Shown: positions 23,977 to 32,000 of the stretch, in pieces
Layout of the letters: every line of letters starts with the position of its first letter
Numbering within the stretch: the first letter of the stretch is position 1
DNA from: Candidatus Lokiarchaeum ossiferum
GTDB lineage: Archaea > Asgardarchaeota > Lokiarchaeia > Sigyniarchaeales > Promethearchaeaceae
NCBI GenBank assembly: GCA_025839675.1
Contig: CP104013.1
Coordinates: forward strand, 3,270,001 to 3,302,000
DNA: 32,000 bases
Direction of reading: 5' to 3'
Position numbers and translations under genes: made by a program
The notes under the pieces: generated by a model
What the model was told of the DNA's origin: nothing
The model's input: the letters and a program-made list of their open reading frames with translations, nothing else
The model's database searches: none

Positions 23977-25284
23977 ATGTGTGATACAATCGTAGCAACT
24001 CCAAAAGCCACAAAAGAAGGTGTAATGTTATTCGGAAAGAATTCTGATAGAGAAGCCGATGAAGCACAGAATATAGATATACGGGAACGTCAGAAATATG
24101 AATTAAATTCAACAGTAAAATGCACTTACATTGAGATCCCACAAGTAAAGGAAACTAATCGCATCTTATTATCTAAACCATACTGGATGTTTGGTGCAGA
24201 AATTGGCATGAATGAACATGGCGTCACTATTGGAAATGAAGCGTTAATGACTCGAGTGAAGCCCGCCAAAACAGGATTAACTGGAATGGATCTACTGCGA
24301 TTAGCATTGGAACGGAGCAGTAACGCGATTGAAGCTCGAGATGTAATAATAAATTTATTGGAAACTTATGGTCAAGGAGGCAATTGTGGATATCGGGATA
24401 AACTCTATTATATGAACGGATTTATTATCGCCGATTATCAACAAGCAATTGTTTTAGAAACCGTTGAAAAAAATTGGGCTTGGAAAGAAATTAAAGGAGT
24501 GTGGAGCATTTCCAATAAAATCTCTTTGGAACATGATTATGACGCCAGATCTGAAGGATTAATTACGCACGCCATTAATAACGGATGGTGTAAATCAGAG
24601 GATGACTTTAACTTTACAAAAAACTATTCCAACAAACTCATAACTTGGGGAGCTGCGGGAAAAAAGCGAGAACAGACAAATCGGTGTCATTTACAAGAAA
24701 AGAAGGGCCGTCTAACAATTCAGGATTTGATGCAAATGTTACGTTTCCATACCAATGACTCTAATTGGAGACCTTATCAAGGATTGCGTATGACCGTCTG
24801 TGCTCATGCAGCGAATAATCTTACCAAACACACTCAAACAACAAATAGTTTGGTTTCACAGATGAGCAGTACAAATTTCAGCGGTTTCACCACAGGATCT
24901 GCAAATCCTTGCATGAGTCCATTCTTTCCCATTTTTGCACCAGGTACAACACTTCCTTCGGGATACAAACCAAGTGGAGAATTTTATAATCAAGAACATT
25001 TCTGGTGGTTTGCTGAAAAAATTCATCGACAAGTAGTCCTTAATTATCTCCCAATGATGAATCTTTTATACAACCCGATGGCAAAATATGAAAGGGAAAT
25101 GATTTCTGAGATCGAATCTGAGAATTTTATTTTAGATCAAAAGGAAATTAATAACTATTTTGAAAAAGCAAGAATATTAATTAAGAACTGGGGGGAAAAC
25201 ATCCCCACTAACCCTGTATTGAAAACTCCTATATTATTTCGTAGATTTTGGAGAAAATATAATAAATTAAATAAAATAGATTAA
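23977..25284 (+). CDS. Peptidase family C69 (dipeptidase A / secernin-like) Ntn-hydrolase
   Basis: The N-terminus MCDTIVATPKATKEGVMLFGKNSDREADEAQN has the nucleophile Cys2 directly after Met and the [LV]FGKNS-x-R...[DE]E-x-Q motif shared by C69 dipeptidases and secernins. Size is 435 aa. Confidence 0.75.
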   Translation: MCDTIVATPKATKEGVMLFGKNSDREADEAQNIDIRERQKYELNSTVKCTYIEIPQVKETNRILLSKPYWMFGAEIGMNEHGVTIGNEALMTRVKPAKTGLTGMDLLRLALERSSNAIEARDVIINLLETYGQGGNCGYRDKLYYMNGFIIADYQQAIVLETVEKNWAWKEIKGVWSISNKISLEHDYDARSEGLITHAINNGWCKSEDDFNFTKNYSNKLITWGAAGKKREQTNRCHLQEKKGRLTIQDLMQMLRFHTNDSNWRPYQGLRMTVCAHAANNLTKHTQTTNSLVSQMSSTNFSGFTTGSANPCMSPFFPIFAPGTTLPSGYKPSGEFYNQEHFWWFAEKIHRQVVLNYLPMMNLLYNPMAKYEREMISEIESENFILDQKEINNYFEKARILIKNWGENIPTNPVLKTPILFRRFWRKYNKLNKID

Positions 25285-25354
25285 TTTTTTTACAGTGTAA
25301 TGGACTTTGAATGTGAAAGTTCAGAAAAAGATAAAAAATAACACGAAAAACATC

Positions 25355-26692
25355 CTATTCATTCATTTTTTCCAAAGCTTTATTCCGTTCTTTTGAGAAA
25401 CTTCGGATTTTGCCTTTATCTTCCGCGATTTCAGCCAATTCGACACTTCTATCGTATAATTTATAAGCTTCTTCATAATTTTTGGCTTTATAAAGTTCAT
25501 CCCCTTCAGCATTAATATTTTTTGCAAGATTGAGACAGGCTTTATGGTATTCTGCTGTGAAATTTTTAATTTTTCCAGCATTTCCAGAACGGGTGACGAT
25601 ATTGACAGATCTCTTGTATTTATCCATAGCTTTTTCAAATTCTTTGGCTTTCATAAATTGGTCTCCAAGTTTATTTTCTTCTACGGCATATTTTTCAAGG
25701 CATTTCTCGTATTCCTTTTGGAAATTTTTAATCAGTCCTTTATTTTTTGATTCTTTTGCCACTTCCACGCTATTCTCATAAATTTTCGCAGCTTCTTCAT
25801 AATTTTTGGCTTTATAAAGTTCATCCCCTTTATCATTTATCATCTGAGCAAATTTTTCAAACGCTTTATTCATTTCTTTAGTATAATTATCAATTAACTT
25901 TTGATTCCCCGCTTCGGTGGCAATATTGACACTTTGAGCGTATAATTCGGAAGCTTTCATATACTCTTTTTCCTTCATCAATTTATCACCCAATGCGTTA
26001 ATTTCCTCGGCGTGTTCCGTGAAAGCTTTTGAAAGCTCCTTTTTAAAAGATTTCTTCTTCTTTTCATTATCCGATTTTTCAATTAACCGGACTGCTTCAG
26101 AATAAAGCTGAATAGCATCCTCGAAATTTTTCTCCTTATAGAGGGCATCCCCTTTATCGTTGACCTCTTGAGCCCATCGTTCATAAACCGTCATTTGATC
26201 ATGAACCATAGATTTATTCATTTTTTCATCCACTTCGGGAGTAACGATTGATAATACATTTCGATAAATTTTGTTTGCCTCTTCCCAATTATGATTTTTC
26301 ACATGATCTTCGGCTGTTTCTTGGACCTGTTTAGCAAAAGCTACTTTTGATTTATTTAACTCTTTTAAAAACTCTTTTCCACGCTTTTTGATCCATTTAT
26401 CACCCGCTTTTTGCAGAAAATCATAAGCATGCTGATATTTGGCGATGGCTTCTTCATAAAGCTTTTGTTTATACAAATCATCGGCTTCATTATTCAAGAT
26501 TTCACTTTGTTTTCCCACTGCAGCATCTAATTCTTCTTGATATTTACTGGCTTTCTTTTCTTCCCCTGCCATTTGCATGAGTTTGACTGATTCAACATAT
26601 AATTTTATTGCTTCAGTATATTGCTTGTTTTTATAGAATTTATCGCCTTGCTTATTGACAGCTTTTGCTTCTTTAATCATTTCATTTCCCAT
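25355..26692 (-). CDS. Cytoplasmic helical-repeat (TPR-like) protein with 8 tandem ~54-aa repeats (the ORF extends to GTG 26701)
   Basis: The repeat consensus N..GD.LYK.KNYEEA.KLY..SV..A.......I..F.KE..KA.E..A recurs 8 times. No signal peptide. Confidence 0.8.
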   Translation of the reverse strand: MGNEMIKEAKAVNKQGDKFYKNKQYTEAIKLYVESVKLMQMAGEEKKASKYQEELDAAVGKQSEILNNEADDLYKQKLYEEAIAKYQHAYDFLQKAGDKWIKKRGKEFLKELNKSKVAFAKQVQETAEDHVKNHNWEEANKIYRNVLSIVTPEVDEKMNKSMVHDQMTVYERWAQEVNDKGDALYKEKNFEDAIQLYSEAVRLIEKSDNEKKKKSFKKELSKAFTEHAEEINALGDKLMKEKEYMKASELYAQSVNIATEAGNQKLIDNYTKEMNKAFEKFAQMINDKGDELYKAKNYEEAAKIYENSVEVAKESKNKGLIKNFQKEYEKCLEKYAVEENKLGDQFMKAKEFEKAMDKYKRSVNIVTRSGNAGKIKNFTAEYHKACLNLAKNINAEGDELYKAKNYEEAYKLYDRSVELAEIAEDKGKIRSFSKERNKALEKMNE

Positions 26693-26795
26693 TGTTCTCA
26701 CCTATTTTATTCTTGTTACTTGTTAAACGTATGAATTTTTATTTTTTCCCTTTACTAAAAATTTTTGAAACTGGGGAATATATTAATATTAAATC

Positions 26796-28244
26796 ATGGA
26801 ACAAAATTCGAATACTCAACCAGATGGAACAAATGAAGATTACACAACAACAGATCCTCAAAAAGAAGAAAAAAAAAAAATTAAGAAATCCTACGTTGAA
26901 AGAGCTCTTTATAATTTTGTAGAAAATCAATTACTGGGGGGGTATAAAGTCTTATCAACCAAAAAATATCTCCCTTATTTCATTTATGTTATTGCATTAA
27001 CTTGTTCTTCAATTGGTTTTGTAGTTTTAGAATTTTTTAAAGTTCCAATACCAACCGAAATTTTACAATTATTGCTTATTTTGGGACTTTTTAGCGGACT
27101 ATCCCTTATTTTAGGCGGGATTTTTGGAGGATTGTCAACAAACGGAAAAACAGTTGATATATTAACTTTGATTCTTCTTGTTGGATCAATTGTATCAGCT
27201 ATATTTGTTTCCAATTATGATGATTTAATATTACAATGGCTAAAATTAGGATTTTTTGTTGCATATGTTTTGATCGGGTCAATTACAATGTTTTTCATTA
27301 TTTTAAATTTCCATACTTCGATTGAATATAAGCTAGTCACATTAGGGAATTCTCAAAACCGAATGTTTTTCCAGGAAATCATCCGTTTTGGTGCTTGGAT
27401 CACCCTTCCCATGTATGTTTATTTATTTTTCCAAAATACCCTTGATGCAAAAATTTTGGCAGTAATTGGCTTTATTTTCGCAACAATCATAATCTATTCT
27501 TTTAATAATCTTCCATTTATTGAGAAAAAAGAGAACTTTGAAGTAAAAGAAACAAAAAAAGCGAGAATGAATTTTTATCAGTCAATTGGATATTATAATT
27601 TCTTCCTTATTTATCATATCTCCCAATCTTATAATACTGGTGGTCAGATTTCAAATTTCATTATTGATTTTGTGCTGCTAATGTTCAACTCATTTTATTT
27701 AATCAATTGCTATAGCAGAAAAGTAGATGAAATTGAAGATTATAATGAAGTTCAACGCCGTACATTTAATTTCCAAAGGCCAAACTCAACAACAATGCGA
27801 TTTAAGAGAAGAATTGGGGAAAAAGGAATGATTTTTATTGCTTTAGGAATAGCAGTGGGATATAATACGGTTATGTTGGATTCTTATCTTGGTTCTCCAA
27901 TTGTTCTACTTCAAAATATAGGAAATGCCCCTCTAAATGTAATTTATCACCGGATGTGGACATACGCAGCATTAATCTTAATGATTAGTGCATCTATTAT
28001 TTTCAATTCTTCCAGGGATTTCCAACAAAAGGTGATTAATCGATATTCGTTTAGACATGCTTGGAAAATGTTTGGAGACATGTTTCGAGTGTCTGACGAG
28101 GGAAATGTTGGAGTTGTTCTTGAAAAATATGAAGAATCTAAACAAAAAATTGTAAATGTCGGGAATCAAGTTAAAGATAGAGTGAAGAAAAAATGGAACC
28201 AATTTTTTTCACTTGGGGATTCAGATCCAGATCCACAGAATTAA
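26796..28244 (+). CDS. Polytopic membrane protein of unknown function (482 aa)
   Basis: A lysine-rich N-terminal ~40 aa is followed by roughly 9-10 hydrophobic helices, then a charged C-terminal tail. Confidence 0.7.
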   Translation: MEQNSNTQPDGTNEDYTTTDPQKEEKKKIKKSYVERALYNFVENQLLGGYKVLSTKKYLPYFIYVIALTCSSIGFVVLEFFKVPIPTEILQLLLILGLFSGLSLILGGIFGGLSTNGKTVDILTLILLVGSIVSAIFVSNYDDLILQWLKLGFFVAYVLIGSITMFFIILNFHTSIEYKLVTLGNSQNRMFFQEIIRFGAWITLPMYVYLFFQNTLDAKILAVIGFIFATIIIYSFNNLPFIEKKENFEVKETKKARMNFYQSIGYYNFFLIYHISQSYNTGGQISNFIIDFVLLMFNSFYLINCYSRKVDEIEDYNEVQRRTFNFQRPNSTTMRFKRRIGEKGMIFIALGIAVGYNTVMLDSYLGSPIVLLQNIGNAPLNVIYHRMWTYAALILMISASIIFNSSRDFQQKVINRYSFRHAWKMFGDMFRVSDEGNVGVVLEKYEESKQKIVNVGNQVKDRVKKKWNQFFSLGDSDPDPQN

Positions 28245-28248
28245 AACT

Positions 28249-28845
28249 ATGAAGGACGATGAAATGAAAACTTTTCTAATATCTGGAATACCTGGGACAG
28301 GAAAGACTTCAGTTGCAAAAAAAATAAATGAGAAATATGGGTATCCATTCTTATCGTTGGGAGAGGTTGTGGTCAAAAACAAATTACATTGTGGTGAAGA
28401 TCCTTCCAGAGATACCAAAATAGTTGATACAGAAAAATTTAATGCCTTTTTTCGCACCTTTTTCTTAAATCAAAAAGAAGATATCATTTTGGAAGGACAT
28501 TATGCGGATTTAATTGAACATCCTTCAGTAAATATTGCAATCATACTCCGTGCTCACCCAAATGTAATTGAAACGCGATTAAAACCTCGGGGTTATTCCA
28601 AAAAAAAAATTATGGAAAATATTCAAGCAGAATTAGTCGGTGATTCAACTTCATTTATGTTGGAGAAAACAGAATTAGTAAAAAAGGAACATGTATTTGA
28701 GATAGATACCACTAACTTGACAATTGAAGAAATTGCGGATAAAATACATCTGATATTTAAATACCCGGAGAAATATCCGGAAGACGTAGCGGGGAAACTA
28801 TCTTGGCTTTCAGACAATTCAGTCCACATTGAAAAATATCTTTAA
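28249..28845 (+). CDS. AK6/Fap7-type putative adenylate kinase (P-loop NTPase)
   Basis: Walker A is ISGIPGTGKTSVAKKI. The ...ILEGHYADL... and ILRAHPNVIETRLKPRGYSKKKIMENIQAE pattern is typical of the archaeal/eukaryotic AK6 family. The ORF-track start (TTG 28213) overlaps the upstream gene, so ATG 28249 or ATG 28264 (MKTFLISG...) is more plausible. Confidence 0.75.
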   Translation: MKDDEMKTFLISGIPGTGKTSVAKKINEKYGYPFLSLGEVVVKNKLHCGEDPSRDTKIVDTEKFNAFFRTFFLNQKEDIILEGHYADLIEHPSVNIAIILRAHPNVIETRLKPRGYSKKKIMENIQAELVGDSTSFMLEKTELVKKEHVFEIDTTNLTIEEIADKIHLIFKYPEKYPEDVAGKLSWLSDNSVHIEKYL

Positions 28846-28949
28846 TTAATCCATTTTTTAAATATTTTTTCCACACAAAATATTAAGGGTTAGAATAAGT
28901 AAGGATCACTATAGATATTGAGACCAATTTAAATAAAAAAGTGGAAATT

Positions 28950-30104
28950 ATGAGTAGCAAGATTCCTTATGTGAATATCCTTCAATCAGCCATCTGTATT
29001 CCCGCGGCGGAAGAGATACCAATCGCTTTAGATATCAAAATTTTACCAGATAAAAATATCCCCCCAGAAGCATTCTTTGGAGTATGGTTATTGGATATTT
29101 CTGGGAGTATGGCTGGAGATCGCTTAGACAACGCAAAAGAATCATTAATAGAACAGGTTAAAATTCTTCCGGAGAATACTATATTCAATCTAATAACTTT
29201 TGAGAGTGAAATCCACGAAATCTTAACAAATGTTAAAATCACGAATAGTTCTCGAAGCGATATAATAAAGCGCATCGATAAAATTCAAGATCGGGGCACA
29301 ACTTCATTATTTGAGGCATTGGAAAAGGGAGTTGGATTAATAAGGGAATATGTTCGAAATGGTGGCAATCTCAGCGTAAAAAAAATAATTCTGATTAGCG
29401 ATGGAGATCCAACTGATGTTCAAGTAAAGTCAGGAGATGAATCAGATCCAAATTATCAAAAGTATTTCCAGCTAGCGAAGGAAGCTCTGGAATATAAATC
29501 ATCCATTGACACGGTTGGGGCGCTGGGTGAACATAACGTTTATCTAATGTATGAAATTGCAAAACAATCAGCAGGAAAATACATTTTTGCAGAAAATGAA
29601 GACGAGCTAAAAACAAAAATGATCATTGCGACTGAACAAACGGCAAAGATTGCATTTTCTCAACCAACAATGCAGTTAACAGGCATTTTGGGCAAAATAG
29701 ATTTGGAAGATGCTGCACAATATAAACCTACAGTAATCAGAATGCCATTTAATAAAGTGAACGATCAATTAGCCAACGCAACTTTCAGAAGTTTTGAAGC
29801 GGGAGATACATATCAAATTTTAGTCAAGGGTAAGCTATATTTGGACAAAAGCAAAATCAATATGGAAGTTCCCAATAAGATTTTAGGTTTAGAAATTGAT
29901 TTTGGAAAACCTGAAATGAAAATTCAACAAGATATTACGATTAAATTTTCCACCGATCCTTCAAAATTCAAACTAAATCAAGATATTAATAAAAAATACG
30001 CAAATGTCTTTTCACAAGCCGAAGAAATCGCGGATTGTACCATCCGGGGAGATGCACAAGCAACTCAAAGAATTCAAGGCGATGAAACTAAAAAAATTGG
30101 TTAG
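28950..30104 (+). CDS. von Willebrand factor A (vWA) domain protein with a ~150-aa C-terminal extension (ArnB-like architecture)
   Basis: The MIDAS motifs are complete: LLDISGSM (DxSxS), GTTSLFEAL (T), ILISDGDPT (D). The ORF-track start is GTG 28941; ATG 28950 (MSSK...) is more likely. Confidence 0.85.
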   Translation: MSSKIPYVNILQSAICIPAAEEIPIALDIKILPDKNIPPEAFFGVWLLDISGSMAGDRLDNAKESLIEQVKILPENTIFNLITFESEIHEILTNVKITNSSRSDIIKRIDKIQDRGTTSLFEALEKGVGLIREYVRNGGNLSVKKIILISDGDPTDVQVKSGDESDPNYQKYFQLAKEALEYKSSIDTVGALGEHNVYLMYEIAKQSAGKYIFAENEDELKTKMIIATEQTAKIAFSQPTMQLTGILGKIDLEDAAQYKPTVIRMPFNKVNDQLANATFRSFEAGDTYQILVKGKLYLDKSKINMEVPNKILGLEIDFGKPEMKIQQDITIKFSTDPSKFKLNQDINKKYANVFSQAEEIADCTIRGDAQATQRIQGDETKKIG

Positions 30105-30143
30105 AAAAGTTTTTTTTTGTAAAATAATACGAGGTAAAAAATC

Positions 30144-30941
30144 ATGGCATATCACTGTCCAGAATGTGGAAATGAAATTGGATTTGGAGAATCTATTTGT
30201 CCAAATTGTAAAGCAGATGTTACAGGCGTATGGGAACAAGCGTCTTCCCCTAAAAATTCGGGACCAAAAGTAGCACCAGGAATGGGAGGAATTGATCAAA
30301 ATGACTCATCACCCTTCCCACCACCAGCAGGAGGATCTTTGAATTCCCCTTTCCCTCCAGCTGCAGGGAATTCACCGTTTCCTCCAGCAGCAAATATGAG
30401 TTCACCATTTGCATCACCTAAAGAGAAGGTAGAAAAAAATACTTCAGACATAGGCTCCCCCTTCCCAGGATCAAATAATATGAATCCATTCGCCCCATCT
30501 AGCGAAATAACTTCTCCTTTCCCTCCAACACCCCAAGAAAGCACACCATTTCCACCAACTGCACCAGCATCATCACCTTTTCAACAAATTCAAGGTCCAT
30601 TTCTTGAAATTGCTCGAATTGGAGGAAAAATAGACATTCCAGAAGGAGAATTACGATTAGGAAGAGACGAAATACAAGGAGTTGCAACTATTGCCCTACC
30701 TGATTTAAATGCTTACAAAAACATCTCTCGTAAACGAGCAAATAGTGAACATTTCATACTAAGAAAAAAGGGAAATGTTGTAACAATAGAAGACAGAGGA
30801 AGTACCAATGGAACCTACATGGGAACAGAAAAGATAACTGGAACAAATCCTCGAACTTTGAAAAATGGAGATAAAATAGTCCTTCCAATTGAAGAACATG
30901 GAAAAATGGTACAGCTAGAAATGATTTTCAAAATAAAGTAA
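30144..30941 (+). CDS. Zinc-ribbon / proline-rich linker / FHA-domain protein (ArnA-like architecture)
   Basis: The N-terminal CPECG...(10)...CPNC forms a zinc ribbon. A ~95-aa [ST]PFPP-rich linker follows. The C-terminal FHA landmarks are LRLGRDE (G-R), ISRKRANSEH (S-R..H), STNGTYMG (N-G) and LKNGDKIVL. Confidence 0.85.
   Translation: MAYHCPECGNEIGFGESICPNCKADVTGVWEQASSPKNSGPKVAPGMGGIDQNDSSPFPPPAGGSLNSPFPPAAGNSPFPPAANMSSPFASPKEKVEKNTSDIGSPFPGSNNMNPFAPSSEITSPFPPTPQESTPFPPTAPASSPFQQIQGPFLEIARIGGKIDIPEGELRLGRDEIQGVATIALPDLNAYKNISRKRANSEHFILRKKGNVVTIEDRGSTNGTYMGTEKITGTNPRTLKNGDKIVLPIEEHGKMVQLEMIFKIK
30306..30594 (+). repeat. Degenerate tandem [ST]PFP(P) motif array (9-10 copies) in the linker of the ZnR-FHA protein
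   Basis: Translation SSPFPPP..NSPFPPA..NSPFPPA..SSPFASP..GSPFPGS..MNPFAPS..TSPFPPT..STPFPPT..SSPFQQ..QGPF. Confidence 0.8.
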
Positions 30942-30979
30942 AATTTTTTTAATTTAATAAAATAAGGCAGAATAGATTA

Positions 30980-32000
30980 ATGATGGGACAAAGTAAGATT
31001 GAATTCATATTGACTTGTGCTTTTTGTGGTGAAATGAATGAATTTACTAAAGAAGAATTATACGAAAGTGAAAAAGAAACAGATACGTTTAAGGAAAAAT
31101 ACTGCTTAGAGTGCAATGAACCCCTCACAATGATATGCCCTTCTTGTTTAAATATTTTTGAAGTTGAGGATAATTTTAGAACAAATAATTTCTTTCAAGT
31201 TTTACCCACATTTTGGAACCCAACCCCGTCTCCTTTAGACGAATTAATTCCTAACATTTTAAAATCATGGAATATATATGAAGAACAAGCAAAATATCTG
31301 ACAAGTGAGACATTCCGATTAAGTCAAAAAGAATTTTTAGAAGCAATCCCCAATTTACTTTCAGACATCAAGGTTCTTAAGCAGGAACTTATTTCATTAG
31401 CAAAAATTTCAGAAGTTTCTCCTTTAGAGAAGGATTTCAAAAAACTAGAGAAGGGAATTCAAAAATGTACAGAAGAATGCGCGTCAATTCTAGCGAGCAT
31501 TGAGGATGTATCCAAAGCAGTTAATGAAAAGAAAGAAAAGCAGTTAAAAAAACATGTCCCATTTATGGACATTCTACCAAATTTCCAAGAGTATATCGAG
31601 CAAGTGAAAAAGATTAGAGAAAAGGAAATTGAAGACGAAATTAACTCACTAAAACCTGGATATGAAAAGGTTAAAAATAATATTAAACAAGATCCAACAT
31701 TTTATAGAAATATTTGCCCGATTTGCCAGAAAATGATTTTCACAATTAATCATCAGGTCTACACAATGGGAAAATCTGATGAAAAATTAAGCCATATTAG
31801 AAATTTAGCTGAATACTACCAACAATCTCAACCAAAAAGTACATTTACACGCACATTAATGTTAAATATCAAAATTCATATTGAAAAAGACCAGCTATAT
31901 GAATTTCATGGGGACTTAGCGTTAGTACTTCATGAGAATGAAAACCAAGTAATTGGACGAGATCTTCTGAGGGAAATTGAATATATTGAACCTGAAAGTG
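30980..32000 (+). CDS. Second zinc-ribbon / coiled-coil / (start of) FHA-domain protein, truncated by the right window edge
   Basis: Own translation: ATG at 30980, open through 32000; not in the ORF track because there is no stop. There are four CxxC pairs (CAFCGEMN, CLECNEPL, CPSCLNIF, CPICQKMIF) and a long charged helical middle. The last residues, LYEFHGDLALVLHENENQVIGRDLL, look like the first FHA strands with the conserved G-R. Confidence 0.7.
   Translation, partial: MMGQSKIEFILTCAFCGEMNEFTKEELYESEKETDTFKEKYCLECNEPLTMICPSCLNIFEVEDNFRTNNFFQVLPTFWNPTPSPLDELIPNILKSWNIYEEQAKYLTSETFRLSQKEFLEAIPNLLSDIKVLKQELISLAKISEVSPLEKDFKKLEKGIQKCTEECASILASIEDVSKAVNEKKEKQLKKHVPFMDILPNFQEYIEQVKKIREKEIEDEINSLKPGYEKVKNNIKQDPTFYRNICPICQKMIFTINHQVYTMGKSDEKLSHIRNLAEYYQQSQPKSTFTRTLMLNIKIHIEKDQLYEFHGDLALVLHENENQVIGRDLLREIEYIEPES

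Noticed and set aside
25363-25781. ORFs 25363-25638 (minus strand, another frame), 25530-25781 and 25544-25750 (plus strand) inside the helical-repeat gene.
   Set aside because: They are by-products of the biased Lys/Glu codon repeats of the real gene. They have no independent start context or motifs.
1-32000. Search for CRISPR arrays, rRNA genes, IS elements and other tandem DNA repeats.
   Set aside because: Reading both strands by eye, I found no regularly spaced 25-40 nt direct repeats, no rRNA-like conserved blocks and no transposase-like ORFs. The only dispersed DNA repeats are the upstream module, the TSP3 island, DR-L/DR-R and the intragenic 40-mer listed above.

Overview
The window is AT-rich (by eye about two-thirds A+T) and looks archaeal. 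It has TATA-box promoters, oligo-T terminators, a tRNA with an insertion in the D-loop, an AK6/Fap7-type kinase, an ArnB/ArnA-like vWA/FHA pair, a small Ras-superfamily GTPase, a TraB protein and a secernin-like C69 peptidase. An Asgard/Lokiarchaeia-like origin is my inference only; no search was run.

Positions 1-20.8 kb look accessory. They are dominated by four paralogous giant secreted proteins (932-1208 aa). Each is built from tandem ConA/LamG-like beta-sandwich modules, thrombospondin type-3-like (TSP3) Ca-binding repeats and a divergent C-terminal domain; one of these is a caspase-like clan CD peptidase. Each giant gene lies about 200-230 nt downstream of a copy of the same ~130-150 nt non-coding module: a TATA box, a short inverted repeat, a second TATA-like box and a conserved leader. 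A fifth, orphan copy sits at 13.87-13.99 kb. A GC-rich ~39-nt stretch inside the TSP3 linker is nearly invariant at the DNA level in all four genes, and identical in two of them. Giant gene 4 with its module is bracketed by ~100-bp direct repeats.

Between giant genes 3 and 4 lies a gene-poor islet around tRNA-Ile(GAU). It carries small nucleic-acid-related genes: an RHH protein missed by the ORF track, a PD-(D/E)xK-like nuclease, a GIY-YIG protein and a Csa3/CARF-like wHTH regulator.

Positions 20.8-32 kb look more core-like. They hold a 7-TM protein divergent from a small GTPase, TraB, a C69 peptidase, an 8x54-aa helical-repeat protein and a polytopic membrane protein. They end with a likely operon of AK6 kinase, a vWA protein, a zinc-ribbon/FHA protein and a second zinc-ribbon/coiled-coil/FHA protein that runs off the right edge. 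I saw no CRISPR array, rRNA, transposase or integrase.
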